DNA from: Thermoanaerobaculia bacterium
Lineage (GTDB): Bacteria; Acidobacteriota; Thermoanaerobaculia; Multivoradales; UBA5704
Direction: 5' to 3'
Assembly: GCA_035940855.1 (NCBI GenBank)
Contig: DASZEM010000046.1
Span: forward strand, 34,805 to 98,804
DNA: 64,000 nucleotides
Below, piece after piece: positions 17,818 through 26,032 of this stretch; the first letter of the stretch is position 1; each line of letters begins with the position of its first letter. Both the position numbers and the translations under genes were made by a program. The notes beneath the pieces were generated by a model. It was not told where the DNA came from and did not search any database. It saw only the letters and a program-made list of their open reading frames with translations.

Positions 17818-18207
17818 CTAGTAGCGGCCGCCACCACCGCCGCCGCCGTAACCACCACCGCGGCCGCCACCGCCGCCGCCGCCGTAGCCACCGCCGCGGC
17901 CGCCGCCACCCCCGCCACCGTAGCCGCCCCGGCCCCGTCCGCCGCCGCCGCCGCCCTCTTCCCGGGGACGAGCCTCGTTGACGGTGAGGGTCCGGCCCTC
18001 CATCTCCTTGCCGTTGAGCGCGGCGATGGCCGCGCGCGCGTCCTGATCGCTCTCCATCTCCACGAAGCCGAAGCCCTTGGAGCGCCCGGTGTCACGATCC
18101 ATGATCACCTGGGCGGATTGAACGGTGCCGTGGGCGGCGAACAGATCCTCCAGGTCGCTGTCCCTGACGCTGTAAGACAAGTTCCCTACGTAAAGCTTCT
18201 TGGCCAT
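17818..18207 (-). CDS. Glycine-rich RNA-binding protein (single RRM)
   Basis: Start MAKKLYVGNLSY (RNP2); RNP1 KGFGFVEM; C-terminal (G)nR(G)nY repeats. Long 5' leader (18208-18430) upstream. Confidence 0.85.
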   Translation of the reverse strand: MAKKLYVGNLSYSVRDSDLEDLFAAHGTVQSAQVIMDRDTGRSKGFGFVEMESDQDARAAIAALNGKEMEGRTLTVNEARPREEGGGGGGRGRGGYGGGGGGGRGGGYGGGGGGGRGGGYGGGGGGGRY

Positions 18208-18549
18208 GCGAGACTCCTCCGTTGACCTTCGTCCGATTGCGATTGCCTGACTTCTGTTGTTCTTCTGCGGGAGCGTGCGGGGTATCCGAGATCGATGCTT
18301 TCCGAAGGTCGTCCGATGCCGGAGTCTTTCACGCCCAGTCCACTCGAAGGGAGGGCAGCCGCCCTCCGCATTCCTGATCTTAGCATCCTCGTAGCGGAAG
18401 AGAGCAAACTTGTTCTGGAAAATCTTCAATCCCGGCTTCGCCCCCTCCCCAGGGGGTCAGGACCGCCCGGGCGCTGGTGCCGTCCACCAGCGTCCAAACC
18501 ACCCCAGCCCCGGGGAGCTTGACCGCCTCGCCCAGACCGCGGCGCGGGC

Positions 18550-18699
18550 TCACACCACGCGCCTCCCCTGCACCAGCCGGACCACCAGCACGATCGCGGC
18601 GATCACCAGCAGCAGATGGATCAAGCCGCTGGTCACGTGGAACACCAGGAACCCCAGAGCCCAAAGGACCAGCAGGATCACGAGAATTGCCCAAAGCAT
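18550..18699 (-). CDS. lmo0937-family small membrane protein (49 aa)
   Basis: Not in track (<60 aa). Translation MLWAILVILLVLWALGFLVFHVTSGLIHLLLVIAAIVLVVRLVQGRRVV matches the widespread ~50-aa two-helix peptide family. Confidence 0.55.
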   Translation of the reverse strand: MLWAILVILLVLWALGFLVFHVTSGLIHLLLVIAAIVLVVRLVQGRRVV

Positions 18700-19175
18700 T
18701 GTTCTCTCTCCTCTCCTAGAAGGTGCGTACAGCCCGGGCGATTTGTTTGCAAGGACCGGGCCACAAGAGGCGGCCTCAGGAGGTCCCCGCCCCTCCTCGC
18801 CGGGGATTGAAATCCCTGGCGAGGAGGCAAGCTGACCTCAATCCGGCCGGGCAATGCCGATCAACACGTCGAGCCGAGCGGACGCACGACGCCACCCGGG
18901 CAGCACTGGAAAGAGCCCGTGCTGTAGGGCTGAGTCCCACAGCCGGCGTTGTTCGTGCCCTTCGGCGACAGGGCTCCATATCTGGCATCAGCCAGGAGAT
19001 CACGAGCATTCTCCGAGGCCACACTGATTCCTCGGGCCACCTGGTCCGGCCGCAATGGACCACTATATTGATCAAGTTTAGTTCTTCTTTGGCGACCAGC
19101 TCTTGGACTCAGGCCACGGCCTGTAAAGGCCGTCGCGCGTGCTTGCGGAAGCGGTTGCCGCCGGTCGAAACTGCG

Positions 19176-19592
19176 TTATCGAATAAACCGGATCGGGCAG
19201 GCCCCGGCCTTGGCTATAGCATCGAGTTCGTGGTGGTCGCTGGTAACCAGAATGCCCTCTTCCCGGATCGCCAGGGCAAGCGCAAAGCAGTCGGCCAGCG
19301 AGACCCTCCGCCACTCGGCCTTCAGCTTGCCGGCGACCTTCCAGAGATCCGAGGGCAGCGCGTCGAGAAGCTCAAGACCATACTCAGCAAAGAGCTTCTC
19401 CAGGGTGTCCGCGTCTTCGGTGTTCCCACGGCGACAGAGGTCGTAGTAAACCTCGCAGGCACTGACCGCGTTGATAAGACAGCTGTTTGTGGGGTCTTGC
19501 AGGATCTCCTCCACCACTTCGGCGCCCGGCTCGTCTTCCAGAAGAGCGATCAAGGCACAGGCATCGAAGACGAAGACAGGCTCAGCGGCCAA
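19176..19592 (-). CDS. vapC: PIN-domain ribonuclease toxin (VapC-like)
   Basis: 138 aa; N-terminal VFVFDACALIALLEDEPG (PIN acidic residue D); ...ILVTSDHHELDAI at the C-terminus; 11-nt overlap with the upstream antitoxin ORF. Confidence 0.75.
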   Translation of the reverse strand: MAAEPVFVFDACALIALLEDEPGAEVVEEILQDPTNSCLINAVSACEVYYDLCRRGNTEDADTLEKLFAEYGLELLDALPSDLWKVAGKLKAEWRRVSLADCFALALAIREEGILVTSDHHELDAIAKAGACPIRFIR

Positions 19593-19926
19593 ACTTCCGC
19601 TCCTCGATTTCGATTTCCTCGCGCTTGCGCCGGGCGAACTCCTCGCTCCCGGAAGTCAACCCGCGGCCAGCCCCACGCAAACGCCGTAGACGCGTCCGGC
19701 GCTCTTCCGGTGCCAGCTCCCGGAAGGGTCTGGGATCCTGGGCCAACTCCGAGGCCAGAGCCGCGAGACGGCCACGGCCTTGCGGAGCCTCAGCCTGTCC
19801 CGCAGCCTCTGCTTCCGGCGGCACGAGCACGATCAACTCTACCGGCCCGGATGGAATCGTGGCCGGGAACTCGATGGTCGCACGGTGATCTTCCGGAACT
19901 ACGATATGAATTCTGTGTGCCTGCAT
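19582..19926 (-). CDS. Putative antitoxin partner of VapC (VapB-like)
   Basis: Start chosen at ATG 19926 (MQAHRIHIVVPEDHRATIEFPA..., RBS AAGGGAG 10 nt upstream). GTG 19980 and ATG 19962 are alternatives. Small, acidic-basic C-terminus; translationally coupled to the toxin. Confidence 0.5.
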   Translation of the reverse strand: MQAHRIHIVVPEDHRATIEFPATIPSGPVELIVLVPPEAEAAGQAEAPQGRGRLAALASELAQDPRPFRELAPEERRTRLRRLRGAGRGLTSGSEEFARRKREEIEIEERKFGR

Positions 19927-20258
19927 CGCCGGTGCTCTCCCTTCGTAGGTGAAATCTACCATAGGTGGCAGCTTCGTCACCCGGAGTGGCGAGGTCTTCG
20001 CCGGTGCGAATGGAGCTCTGCCGCCCGCGGTAATCGGCGGGACCGGGAGGTCGCCGGCCCAGAGCGCACCTCCCGGGTCATCGTATCGGTTGTCAAAGAG
20101 CCGGGCTCCGGCCAGCCTGCGCCGGACCGGCGGGTCCGTTCGTTGGATTCCCCGGTGATTTGTCTCATTTCGACCCGCGGGATTAGATTACGGGAGAGCC
20201 GTTGATTCTGTCTAGATCCCAAAGGTTGTCATTTGGCTCTGGCAAGGGTCATCTCCGG

Positions 20259-20427
20259 CATCCAATCCAGTGGCTTACGGATGGGCGGTATCCCTTTCGG
20301 ATCTCAAATCTCGTCGTTGGGGTTCAGAAGCATCGTGATCGCGGCCGGAATCCAGTGGATTCGGACTTCAATCACAATGCTTCTGGCTGGAATCCAGTGG
20401 ATTTCAAGCTCGAATCCACTGGATTTG
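20259..20427. promoter_or_regulatory. Array of four copies of the near-palindromic 13-mer AATCCA(G/C)TGGATT in a lower-GC intergenic region upstream of msrA
   Basis: Copies at 20264-20273 (partial), 20349-20361, 20391-20403 and 20413-20425 (complement orientation). Last two are only 9 bp apart, forming a composite inverted repeat. Confidence 0.4.
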
Positions 20428-20744
20428 AAGGTCAATATGAATGCTTTGAAACTTCAATTGGATCTTTCTGATCCCAATGGGGTGGACCAGGGTTGACAAA
20501 CGGAGGCTCCTTGCTGACAATGGCGCCTCTTTGCCGTAGACAGTCTTGCTTTCAGTTTGTACATCATCGCGGAGTTTCGCGAGATGGGCTCTTTGACAAT
20601 CGAATGACCGGCAGGGACGGGGGGGCGGCCGTTCCTGCCGGCCCTCCTTCTACCTCCTTCTGGCAGTTGACCAGGGGAGTAGAATGGCGGTGTGCTCCGG
20701 GCCGCAGGTCAGCGCCTGGAGGCTTCCCTCTAGGAGAGAACAGG

Positions 20745-21386
20745 ATGGACGGGATGGACGGGATGGACGGGAGTTGTGAGATTCCCCGGGGACGGCGCCT
20801 GGCGCCTCATGAGTTCCCCGATCCGCTGGTCGACACCACGCCAGGCCAGAGCCCCCAGTTGGCCGTGCTGGCCGGCGGCTGCTTCTGGTGCGTCGAGGCC
20901 GTGCTCAAGGAGATCGACGGCGTCCTGGAGGTGGTCTCTGGGTACTCGGGCGGCACGGCCCAGACGGCCGACTACGACGCGGTGTGCTCCGGACGGACCA
21001 ACCACGCGGAGGTCGTCCAGGTGCGCTTCGATCCCTCCCGGGTGAGCTACGGCCAGTTGCTCAAGGTGTTCTTCTCCGTGGCCCACGATCCCACCCAGCT
21101 CAACCGCCAGGGCGCGGACCAGGGGCGGCAGTACCGCTCCGCCATCTTCTACACGGACGAGGAGCAGAAGCGCGTGGCCGAGGCCTACATCCGGCAGCTC
21201 AACGAGGCCGGGGCCTACGACGCGCCCATCGTCACGGAGGTGTCACCCCTGGAGGCGTTTTACGAGGCCGAGGCGTATCACCAGGACTACGCGGCGCGCC
21301 ACCCCATGCAGCCGTACATCCTCTTTACGGCGGCACCCAAGGTGGCCAAGCTGCGCAAGAACTTCGCGGAGCGCCTGAAATCCTAG
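20745..21386 (+). CDS. msrA: Peptide-methionine (S)-S-oxide reductase
   Basis: Start ATG 20745 after RBS AGGAGA; catalytic GCFWC motif; conserved MsrA core (YSGG...[11 protein letters not shown]...YHQDY). Confidence 0.85.
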   Translation: MDGMDGMDGSCEIPRGRRLAPHEFPDPLVDTTPGQSPQLAVLAGGCFWCVEAVLKEIDGVLEVVSGYSGGTAQTADYDAVCSGRTNHAEVVQVRFDPSRVSYGQLLKVFFSVAHDPTQLNRQGADQGRQYRSAIFYTDEEQKRVAEAYIRQLNEAGAYDAPIVTEVSPLEAFYEAEAYHQDYAARHPMQPYILFTAAPKVAKLRKNFAERLKS

Positions 21387-21562
21387 GCGCCCACGATTCG
21401 CAGCTCGAAGTCTTCGAGCTTCAGGATCTGGAGAACGTAGGTGAAAGCGACGGACCGGGCCATCTCATAGGTTTCGACCTGGACGGGAAAGGTGTCTTCC
21501 CGGTCCGTTCCGTCGGTCTCTCGGTAAGTTACGGAAACAACAAAACGGCGGACTTTCTTCAC
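21383..21562 (-). CDS. Hypothetical 59-aa protein (GTG start), convergent with and overlapping the msrA stop
   Basis: Not in track (<60 aa). GAGGAG 6 nt upstream of GTG 21562. Translation [59 protein letters not shown]. Confidence 0.25.
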   Translation of the reverse strand: MKKVRRFVVSVTYRETDGTDREDTFPVQVETYEMARSVAFTYVLQILKLEDFELRIVGA

Positions 21563-21712
21563 GGAGGCTCCTCACGAGGTGCGCGGAGGATAGGCGAGGC
21601 GGGGGGCGGTGTCAACGCGGCGGCCGGCGGACCCGGGGGCAGGCCGCGCTACCCTGCCCCTTGCCTGGCGGCGCTTGCCTGGCAGACACTGGATCAGCTA
21701 TAAGCAAGAGTC

Positions 21713-22939
21713 ATGCAAACGTTGGCCATCCCGCAGCATCCCGTTGAAACCACAGACCAAAGTTTCGAATCGCTGGGACTCAGCCAACCCATCCTGCGCT
21801 GCATCCGCCTGGTCGGCTTCGAGCACCCGACGCCGATCCAGGCCGCCGTCATCCCGGCGGCGCTCACCGGGCGGGACCTGATCGGCCTCGCCGAGACGGG
21901 CTCGGGGAAGACGGCGGCGTTCACGCTGCCCATCGCCGAGCGGCTGGCCCGCGATCCCAAGGGCCGCGCCCTGATCCTCTCCCCCACCCGCGAGATCGCC
22001 CTCCAGACGCAGGCGTTCCTCGACGCGTTCGGCGGCGATTACGGCTTGAAGTCGGTCTGCCTGATCGGCGGCGTGAAGATGGGACCGCAGCTCCAGGGCC
22101 TGCGCCGCCGGCCCCACGTGATCGTGGCGACGCCGGGGCGCCTGCTGGACCACCTGGAGCAGGGCACGGCCCGCATCGACACCACGGACATGCTGGTGCT
22201 GGACGAGGCGGACCACATGCTGGACATGGGCTTCATGCCGCAGGTCCACCGGATCCTCCAGCAGCTCCCGGCGAAGCGGCAGACGCTGATGTTCTCGGCC
22301 ACCATGCCGCCGCCGATCGAGCGGCTGGCCCAGCAGTTCATGTCGGATCCGATGCGGATCGACATCACGCCGGAGGGCAAGGCGGCCCAGGGCATCAGCC
22401 ACCGGCTCTACTTCGTGGAGCCGGAGAACAAGAAGGCGTGCCTGCTGGCGCTGCTGCACCAGGAGTTGGGGAGCACGCTGGTGTTCATCCGCCGGAAGTC
22501 GGACGCCGAGTGGCTTCAGGGCATTCTGGAGCGCGAGGGGCATCCGGTGGAGCGCATCCACTCGAATCTCTCGCAGGGGCAGCGGGTGCAGGCGCTCCAG
22601 GGCTTCCGCCAGGGCGAGCACCGCATCCTGGTGGCGACGGACATCGCGGCGCGCGGCCTCGACATCCCCCGGGTGGGCCACATCATCAACTTCGACATGC
22701 CGGAGACGGTGGAGGACTACATCCACCGCGCCGGCCGCACGGCCCGCGGCAACGCCACGGGGATCGTCTCGACGATCGGCACCTGGATGGACAAGGCCCT
22801 CATCAAGGAGATCGAGACCACGCTGGGCGAGGACCTCCCCCGCTGCACCGTCCCGGGCGTGCCCCCCTACGTCGAGGTGAAGCCCCGGGTGGCCCTGGGG
22901 AGCCGGCGGGGGTCCGCCATCAAGGTCAAGCGGCGCTGA
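21713..22939 (+). CDS. DEAD-box ATP-dependent RNA helicase
   Basis: 408 aa; Q-motif; Walker A AETGSGKT; DEAD box VLDEADHMLDMGF; SAT; HRAGRTARG. Confidence 0.9.
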   Translation: MQTLAIPQHPVETTDQSFESLGLSQPILRCIRLVGFEHPTPIQAAVIPAALTGRDLIGLAETGSGKTAAFTLPIAERLARDPKGRALILSPTREIALQTQAFLDAFGGDYGLKSVCLIGGVKMGPQLQGLRRRPHVIVATPGRLLDHLEQGTARIDTTDMLVLDEADHMLDMGFMPQVHRILQQLPAKRQTLMFSATMPPPIERLAQQFMSDPMRIDITPEGKAAQGISHRLYFVEPENKKACLLALLHQELGSTLVFIRRKSDAEWLQGILEREGHPVERIHSNLSQGQRVQALQGFRQGEHRILVATDIAARGLDIPRVGHIINFDMPETVEDYIHRAGRTARGNATGIVSTIGTWMDKALIKEIETTLGEDLPRCTVPGVPPYVEVKPRVALGSRRGSAIKVKRR

Positions 22940-23014
22940 GTGAGGGGAAAGGGGCGCGGCGGGCGTTCTTTCAGGAGCCCCCCTGAGGGGGCCATCAACA
23001 AGAAAGGAAACGCC

Positions 23015-23155
23015 ATGAACCGTATCATCAGCAATCACAACCAGACGCTGGTGCCCCCCGTGGCCCCGATCCGCATCCCGAACCACAACCAGACGGTGGT
23101 GCGTCCGCGCATCATCCTGAACCACAACCAGACGCTGACGCGGGTCTCCCGTTGA
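23015..23155 (+). CDS. Hypothetical 46-aa peptide with three 15-residue repeats each containing NHNQT
   Basis: MNRIISNHNQTLVPPVAPIRIPNHNQTVVRPRIILNHNQTLTRVSR; RBS AAAGGAAA; followed by a GC hairpin at 23156-23185. The nucleotide motif AAYCACAACCAGACG recurs with 45-bp period. Confidence 0.35.
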   Translation: MNRIISNHNQTLVPPVAPIRIPNHNQTVVRPRIILNHNQTLTRVSR

Positions 23156-23196
23156 CGTGAGAGGCCGGTCTCACGCCTGGCCGGCCCTCCGCTTCT

Positions 23197-23670
23197 TCAG
23201 GAAGGGGTGTCGGAGCTCAGCTCGCCTTCGAGCTCCAGGTTGCCGTCCATGTACTTCAGATTGAAGCGGAACCGGTGGATCCGCCAGGCGGTGCCGTCCT
23301 TCTCCAGGTGGAGTTCATAGCTGCCCACGAAGAACCGGGTGTACTGGCCGCTGGCGTTGGGGAGGTAGTGGGAGGCGATGCCATAGCAGAAGGCGTCGGC
23401 GCGGTCGCCGTCCAGGGTGACCCGGAAGTTCCCCGCCTGGTGGTGGACGGCCTTCAGGTGGCGCAGCCCCCGGTCCCAGCCCTCCACGATCTCCCGCGCG
23501 TCCACCTCCGCGGGCTCGGAGCCCGTCATCGAGCTCATGTCGAAGAAGACCCGCGGCGCGAAGCACGCCCGGGCCGTCGCCCAGTCCCGCGTGTCCGTGG
23601 CGATGAACAGCCGGGTGACCGTGTCGATGATGGCGTCCTTCTCGACGAGATATCGAAGCGCGTCGTCCAT
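23197..23670 (-). CDS. NTF2-like / SnoaL-like superfamily protein
   Basis: 157 aa; typical cone-fold sequence pattern (DxxxRxxIED..., W...HxxxN..V). Confidence 0.65.
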   Translation of the reverse strand: MDDALRYLVEKDAIIDTVTRLFIATDTRDWATARACFAPRVFFDMSSMTGSEPAEVDAREIVEGWDRGLRHLKAVHHQAGNFRVTLDGDRADAFCYGIASHYLPNASGQYTRFFVGSYELHLEKDGTAWRIHRFRFNLKYMDGNLELEGELSSDTPS

Positions 23671-23713
23671 GACCAGACAATATTGCGACGCCGGGGTGGC
23701 GTCAACGCTCCTG

Positions 23714-24535
23714 TTACCGAGCCAGCAGCTCGCTCAGACGGCGCGCGGTGGGGTGTTCCAGGAGCAGTGAGCAGGCCTGGTCGTCCTCGAGAAGCTTGCG
23801 TGTGAGTAATTCTCCCCAGTCGGCCTTGTGGGTCCTCATGTCACCTCGGATCTGCCGAAGCAAGTCAGATCTAGGCTGGAGCGCCCGTAGTGCCCGAATG
23901 GCGGGTGCAAGAACGTTCAGATCGGGACGCCTCTCCTGCGGATTGCCCCAACCGTGTCGTGGCCAGTCTGGGACATTCCTTCCGGCAATCCCGAGAGCAC
24001 GCCTCACCGCCTGTTCGTCCTGGGTCAACATCCCTTCGAAGACAGGCTCCATACATACAGGCAAGATCATCCCTCGCTCCAGAGGGGGTAGGCGCTGCCG
24101 GGCACCGGGAACCGGTCGCCGGGAGAGTTCCTCAAATCTTTGCCGCGCACGTTCACGCCAGAGATCCGGCAGGCAATCTGACTGGGCGAGGAACCGATAA
24201 AGATCGCAGGTCTCGACCCAGCGACAGTATTCCTCTTGCGGGTTCCACGCCGGGACGAGGTCCCAAGCGATCACCGCCATGTCAAAGGGGTCCCGGGCTA
24301 GCACCCGCGCCATGAGTTGATCGAGCCGCTCTCCCGACCCGCTCATCGGTGGGTTGGCGGGGTCCATTGCGACGAGGTGAGTTTTCGAGATAGGGACTAC
24401 AAGATCGAAACGCCGCAGACCAAGGGTCTTACCCAGGCGATCGTTCCAGAGAACCTCCAGAACCTGACGACCTCGTGCTGTGGGAGGGGACTCGCTACCT
24501 TCGGCGAAAAGAGCGAGACGCAAGTTGGAAATCAC
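23714..24535 (-). CDS. DUF4276-like protein (putative OLD/TOPRIM-like effector) partnered with upstream ATPase
   Basis: 273 aa; N-terminal LRLALFAEGSES resembles the hhhhEGxTE motif of DUF4276; 4-nt overlap with the ATPase gene; lower GC than flanks. Confidence 0.5.
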   Translation of the reverse strand: MISNLRLALFAEGSESPPTARGRQVLEVLWNDRLGKTLGLRRFDLVVPISKTHLVAMDPANPPMSGSGERLDQLMARVLARDPFDMAVIAWDLVPAWNPQEEYCRWVETCDLYRFLAQSDCLPDLWRERARQRFEELSRRPVPGARQRLPPLERGMILPVCMEPVFEGMLTQDEQAVRRALGIAGRNVPDWPRHGWGNPQERRPDLNVLAPAIRALRALQPRSDLLRQIRGDMRTHKADWGELLTRKLLEDDQACSLLLEHPTARRLSELLAR

Positions 24536-25779
24536 TCTTCGTCTTCTTCGAGATGGACGTACCGGGTACCTGCCGGGACCGAGGGATTGAAAGCGGCAAC
24601 CGCAGGCCGGGAGGCGAAGTGCTCGTACCGGGTGTCACCTTGAGTTCGTCGGACCTGCAGTATCGAATCCATGGGGACGTCGTCCAGTACCCAAGGAGAA
24701 TGAGTCGTTAGGATCACCTGAGTCCCGCGATCGGCTGCCGACTGGAGGTGCCGAAGCACGGTCCGGACTGTCCACGGATCAAGGCCATTCTCCACCTCTT
24801 CGATACAGAGGAGCGAGGGAGCAGGATCACGCGCCAAGAGGGCGAGAATGGCTGTAATTCGGCGAGTACCCTCCGAGAGCATCCAAGAGGGTATCGGAAA
24901 CTGACTCCGACCCGAGCGCCCTCGGTAAGGCATCCGTTCAAGGAGACTGTAGTTGACCCGGGTATCCCGTCCGAGTTCAGCGCGGGACACCTCCACGTCG
25001 CGAATTCCAGGGAGGATCTCTTGGAGCGCATCGACGAGGTTTGCCCTCTGGTCCGCTGTAATCTCATTCAGTAATGCAGGCAGCGACTGCCCCTCCTCAT
25101 CGAGTAGTGGCTCGAAAGACTTGCGGGTGGCTAGCGAACCATGGGATAGCCGGTTAGGGCTGAGCCGGAGAAAGACCGCGCGGGACCAGAAGCTATCGAG
25201 AAAAGCGAGTGCCGGATCAAGAAGTTGCCACTGTGAGGAACCCACCAGTCCTAGAGCCAGACGATCAGGCTCACGGATTATTCCCCAACCGTTGGATGCA
25301 CCCGTTTCAAGAGCGCGTTCCCCCGGGGAACCTGTTATGAGGTACCTCTTCAGAGGCCGACCGGACGACCGGAGAGTTGAAAGCGCCTCCTCTGCGATAA
25401 ATGGAGCGCCCTCGCGGTCTTCTACCTTGACGCGATACCGAACGGGTGGAACAGCATTGATGTCGGCAGACCATGTGAGAGTCAGCTCAAAGTAAGATTT
25501 CTCCGCCTGCGAGCGAAGGTTGATCAAGTCCCGAATACCATAGTACCGGTCAGAGGCCTCCCGCGCATCGCGTCGAAGCGTCACGTCAAGCCATTGCAGA
25601 GCTTCGAGGAGCGTGCTCTTGCCGCTGCCATTCCGTCCGATGACGACGTTAAAGGGCTTCAAGGGAATGGGAGCTGGTCTGAACGCTGCCTTAAAGCGCT
25701 GGATCTGTACCTCCGAAATCCAGCGATACACCGCTCCACCGGAGTCTTCGTCCAGATCCCGATCTTCTTTCTTATCCAT
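24532..25779 (-). CDS. ABC-type / AAA_21-like ATPase (abortive-infection-type ATPase)
   Basis: 415 aa; Walker A VIGRNGSGKSTLLEAL; ABC signature-like LSEGTRRITAILALL; Walker B LLCIEEVENGLDP; H-loop ILTTHSPWVL. Confidence 0.8.
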   Translation of the reverse strand: MDKKEDRDLDEDSGGAVYRWISEVQIQRFKAAFRPAPIPLKPFNVVIGRNGSGKSTLLEALQWLDVTLRRDAREASDRYYGIRDLINLRSQAEKSYFELTLTWSADINAVPPVRYRVKVEDREGAPFIAEEALSTLRSSGRPLKRYLITGSPGERALETGASNGWGIIREPDRLALGLVGSSQWQLLDPALAFLDSFWSRAVFLRLSPNRLSHGSLATRKSFEPLLDEEGQSLPALLNEITADQRANLVDALQEILPGIRDVEVSRAELGRDTRVNYSLLERMPYRGRSGRSQFPIPSWMLSEGTRRITAILALLARDPAPSLLCIEEVENGLDPWTVRTVLRHLQSAADRGTQVILTTHSPWVLDDVPMDSILQVRRTQGDTRYEHFASRPAVAAFNPSVPAGTRYVHLEEDEE

Positions 25780-25791
25780 GGGCCGGCGGCA

Positions 25792-26016
25792 TCATAGCAC
25801 TCTATCCGAAGGGTTGCTCTTCACTAGGAACGATTCCAGCCTGCGCTCGACCGGCTCGTAGAATCCCGCCTCGGCCTCGTCGAGGTAGGCCTGCAGGCGC
25901 AACAACTCGGCCTGCTCGGGCTCGGAAGAGGGGAGCGGAACTTCTTGTCTACGAGTTCCGCATACCGATCCCCTCGCTTGACGTTCGATGTCGCTCAAGT
26001 TCTCTGAGAAGCTCAT
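25792..26016 (-). CDS. Hypothetical 74-aa protein, first gene of the ATPase/DUF4276 operon
   Basis: ATG 26016 with RBS GGAGG 7 nt upstream; ends 12 nt before the ATPase start. C-terminal half EQAELLRLQAYLDEAEAGFYEPVERRLESF is vaguely addiction-module-component-like. Confidence 0.4.
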   Translation of the reverse strand: MSFSENLSDIERQARGSVCGTRRQEVPLPSSEPEQAELLRLQAYLDEAEAGFYEPVERRLESFLVKSNPSDRVL

Positions 26017-26032
26017 CCAGTAACCTCCATGT

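Noticed and set aside
15259-18225. 988-aa plus-strand ORF across the tyrosinase locus
   Set aside because: Antisense to the tyrosinase and its partner; no domain signal.
18861-19055. 64-aa Cys-containing ORF (…GCGTQPYSTGSFQCCPGGVVRPLGSTC)
   Set aside because: It has a TTG start, no Shine-Dalgarno, no signal peptide and a Cys pattern unlike the other mini-proteins. It is probably chance, though the region 18700-19175 is otherwise unannotated.
21698-23125. 475-aa minus-strand ORF
   Set aside because: Antisense to the DEAD-box helicase gene.
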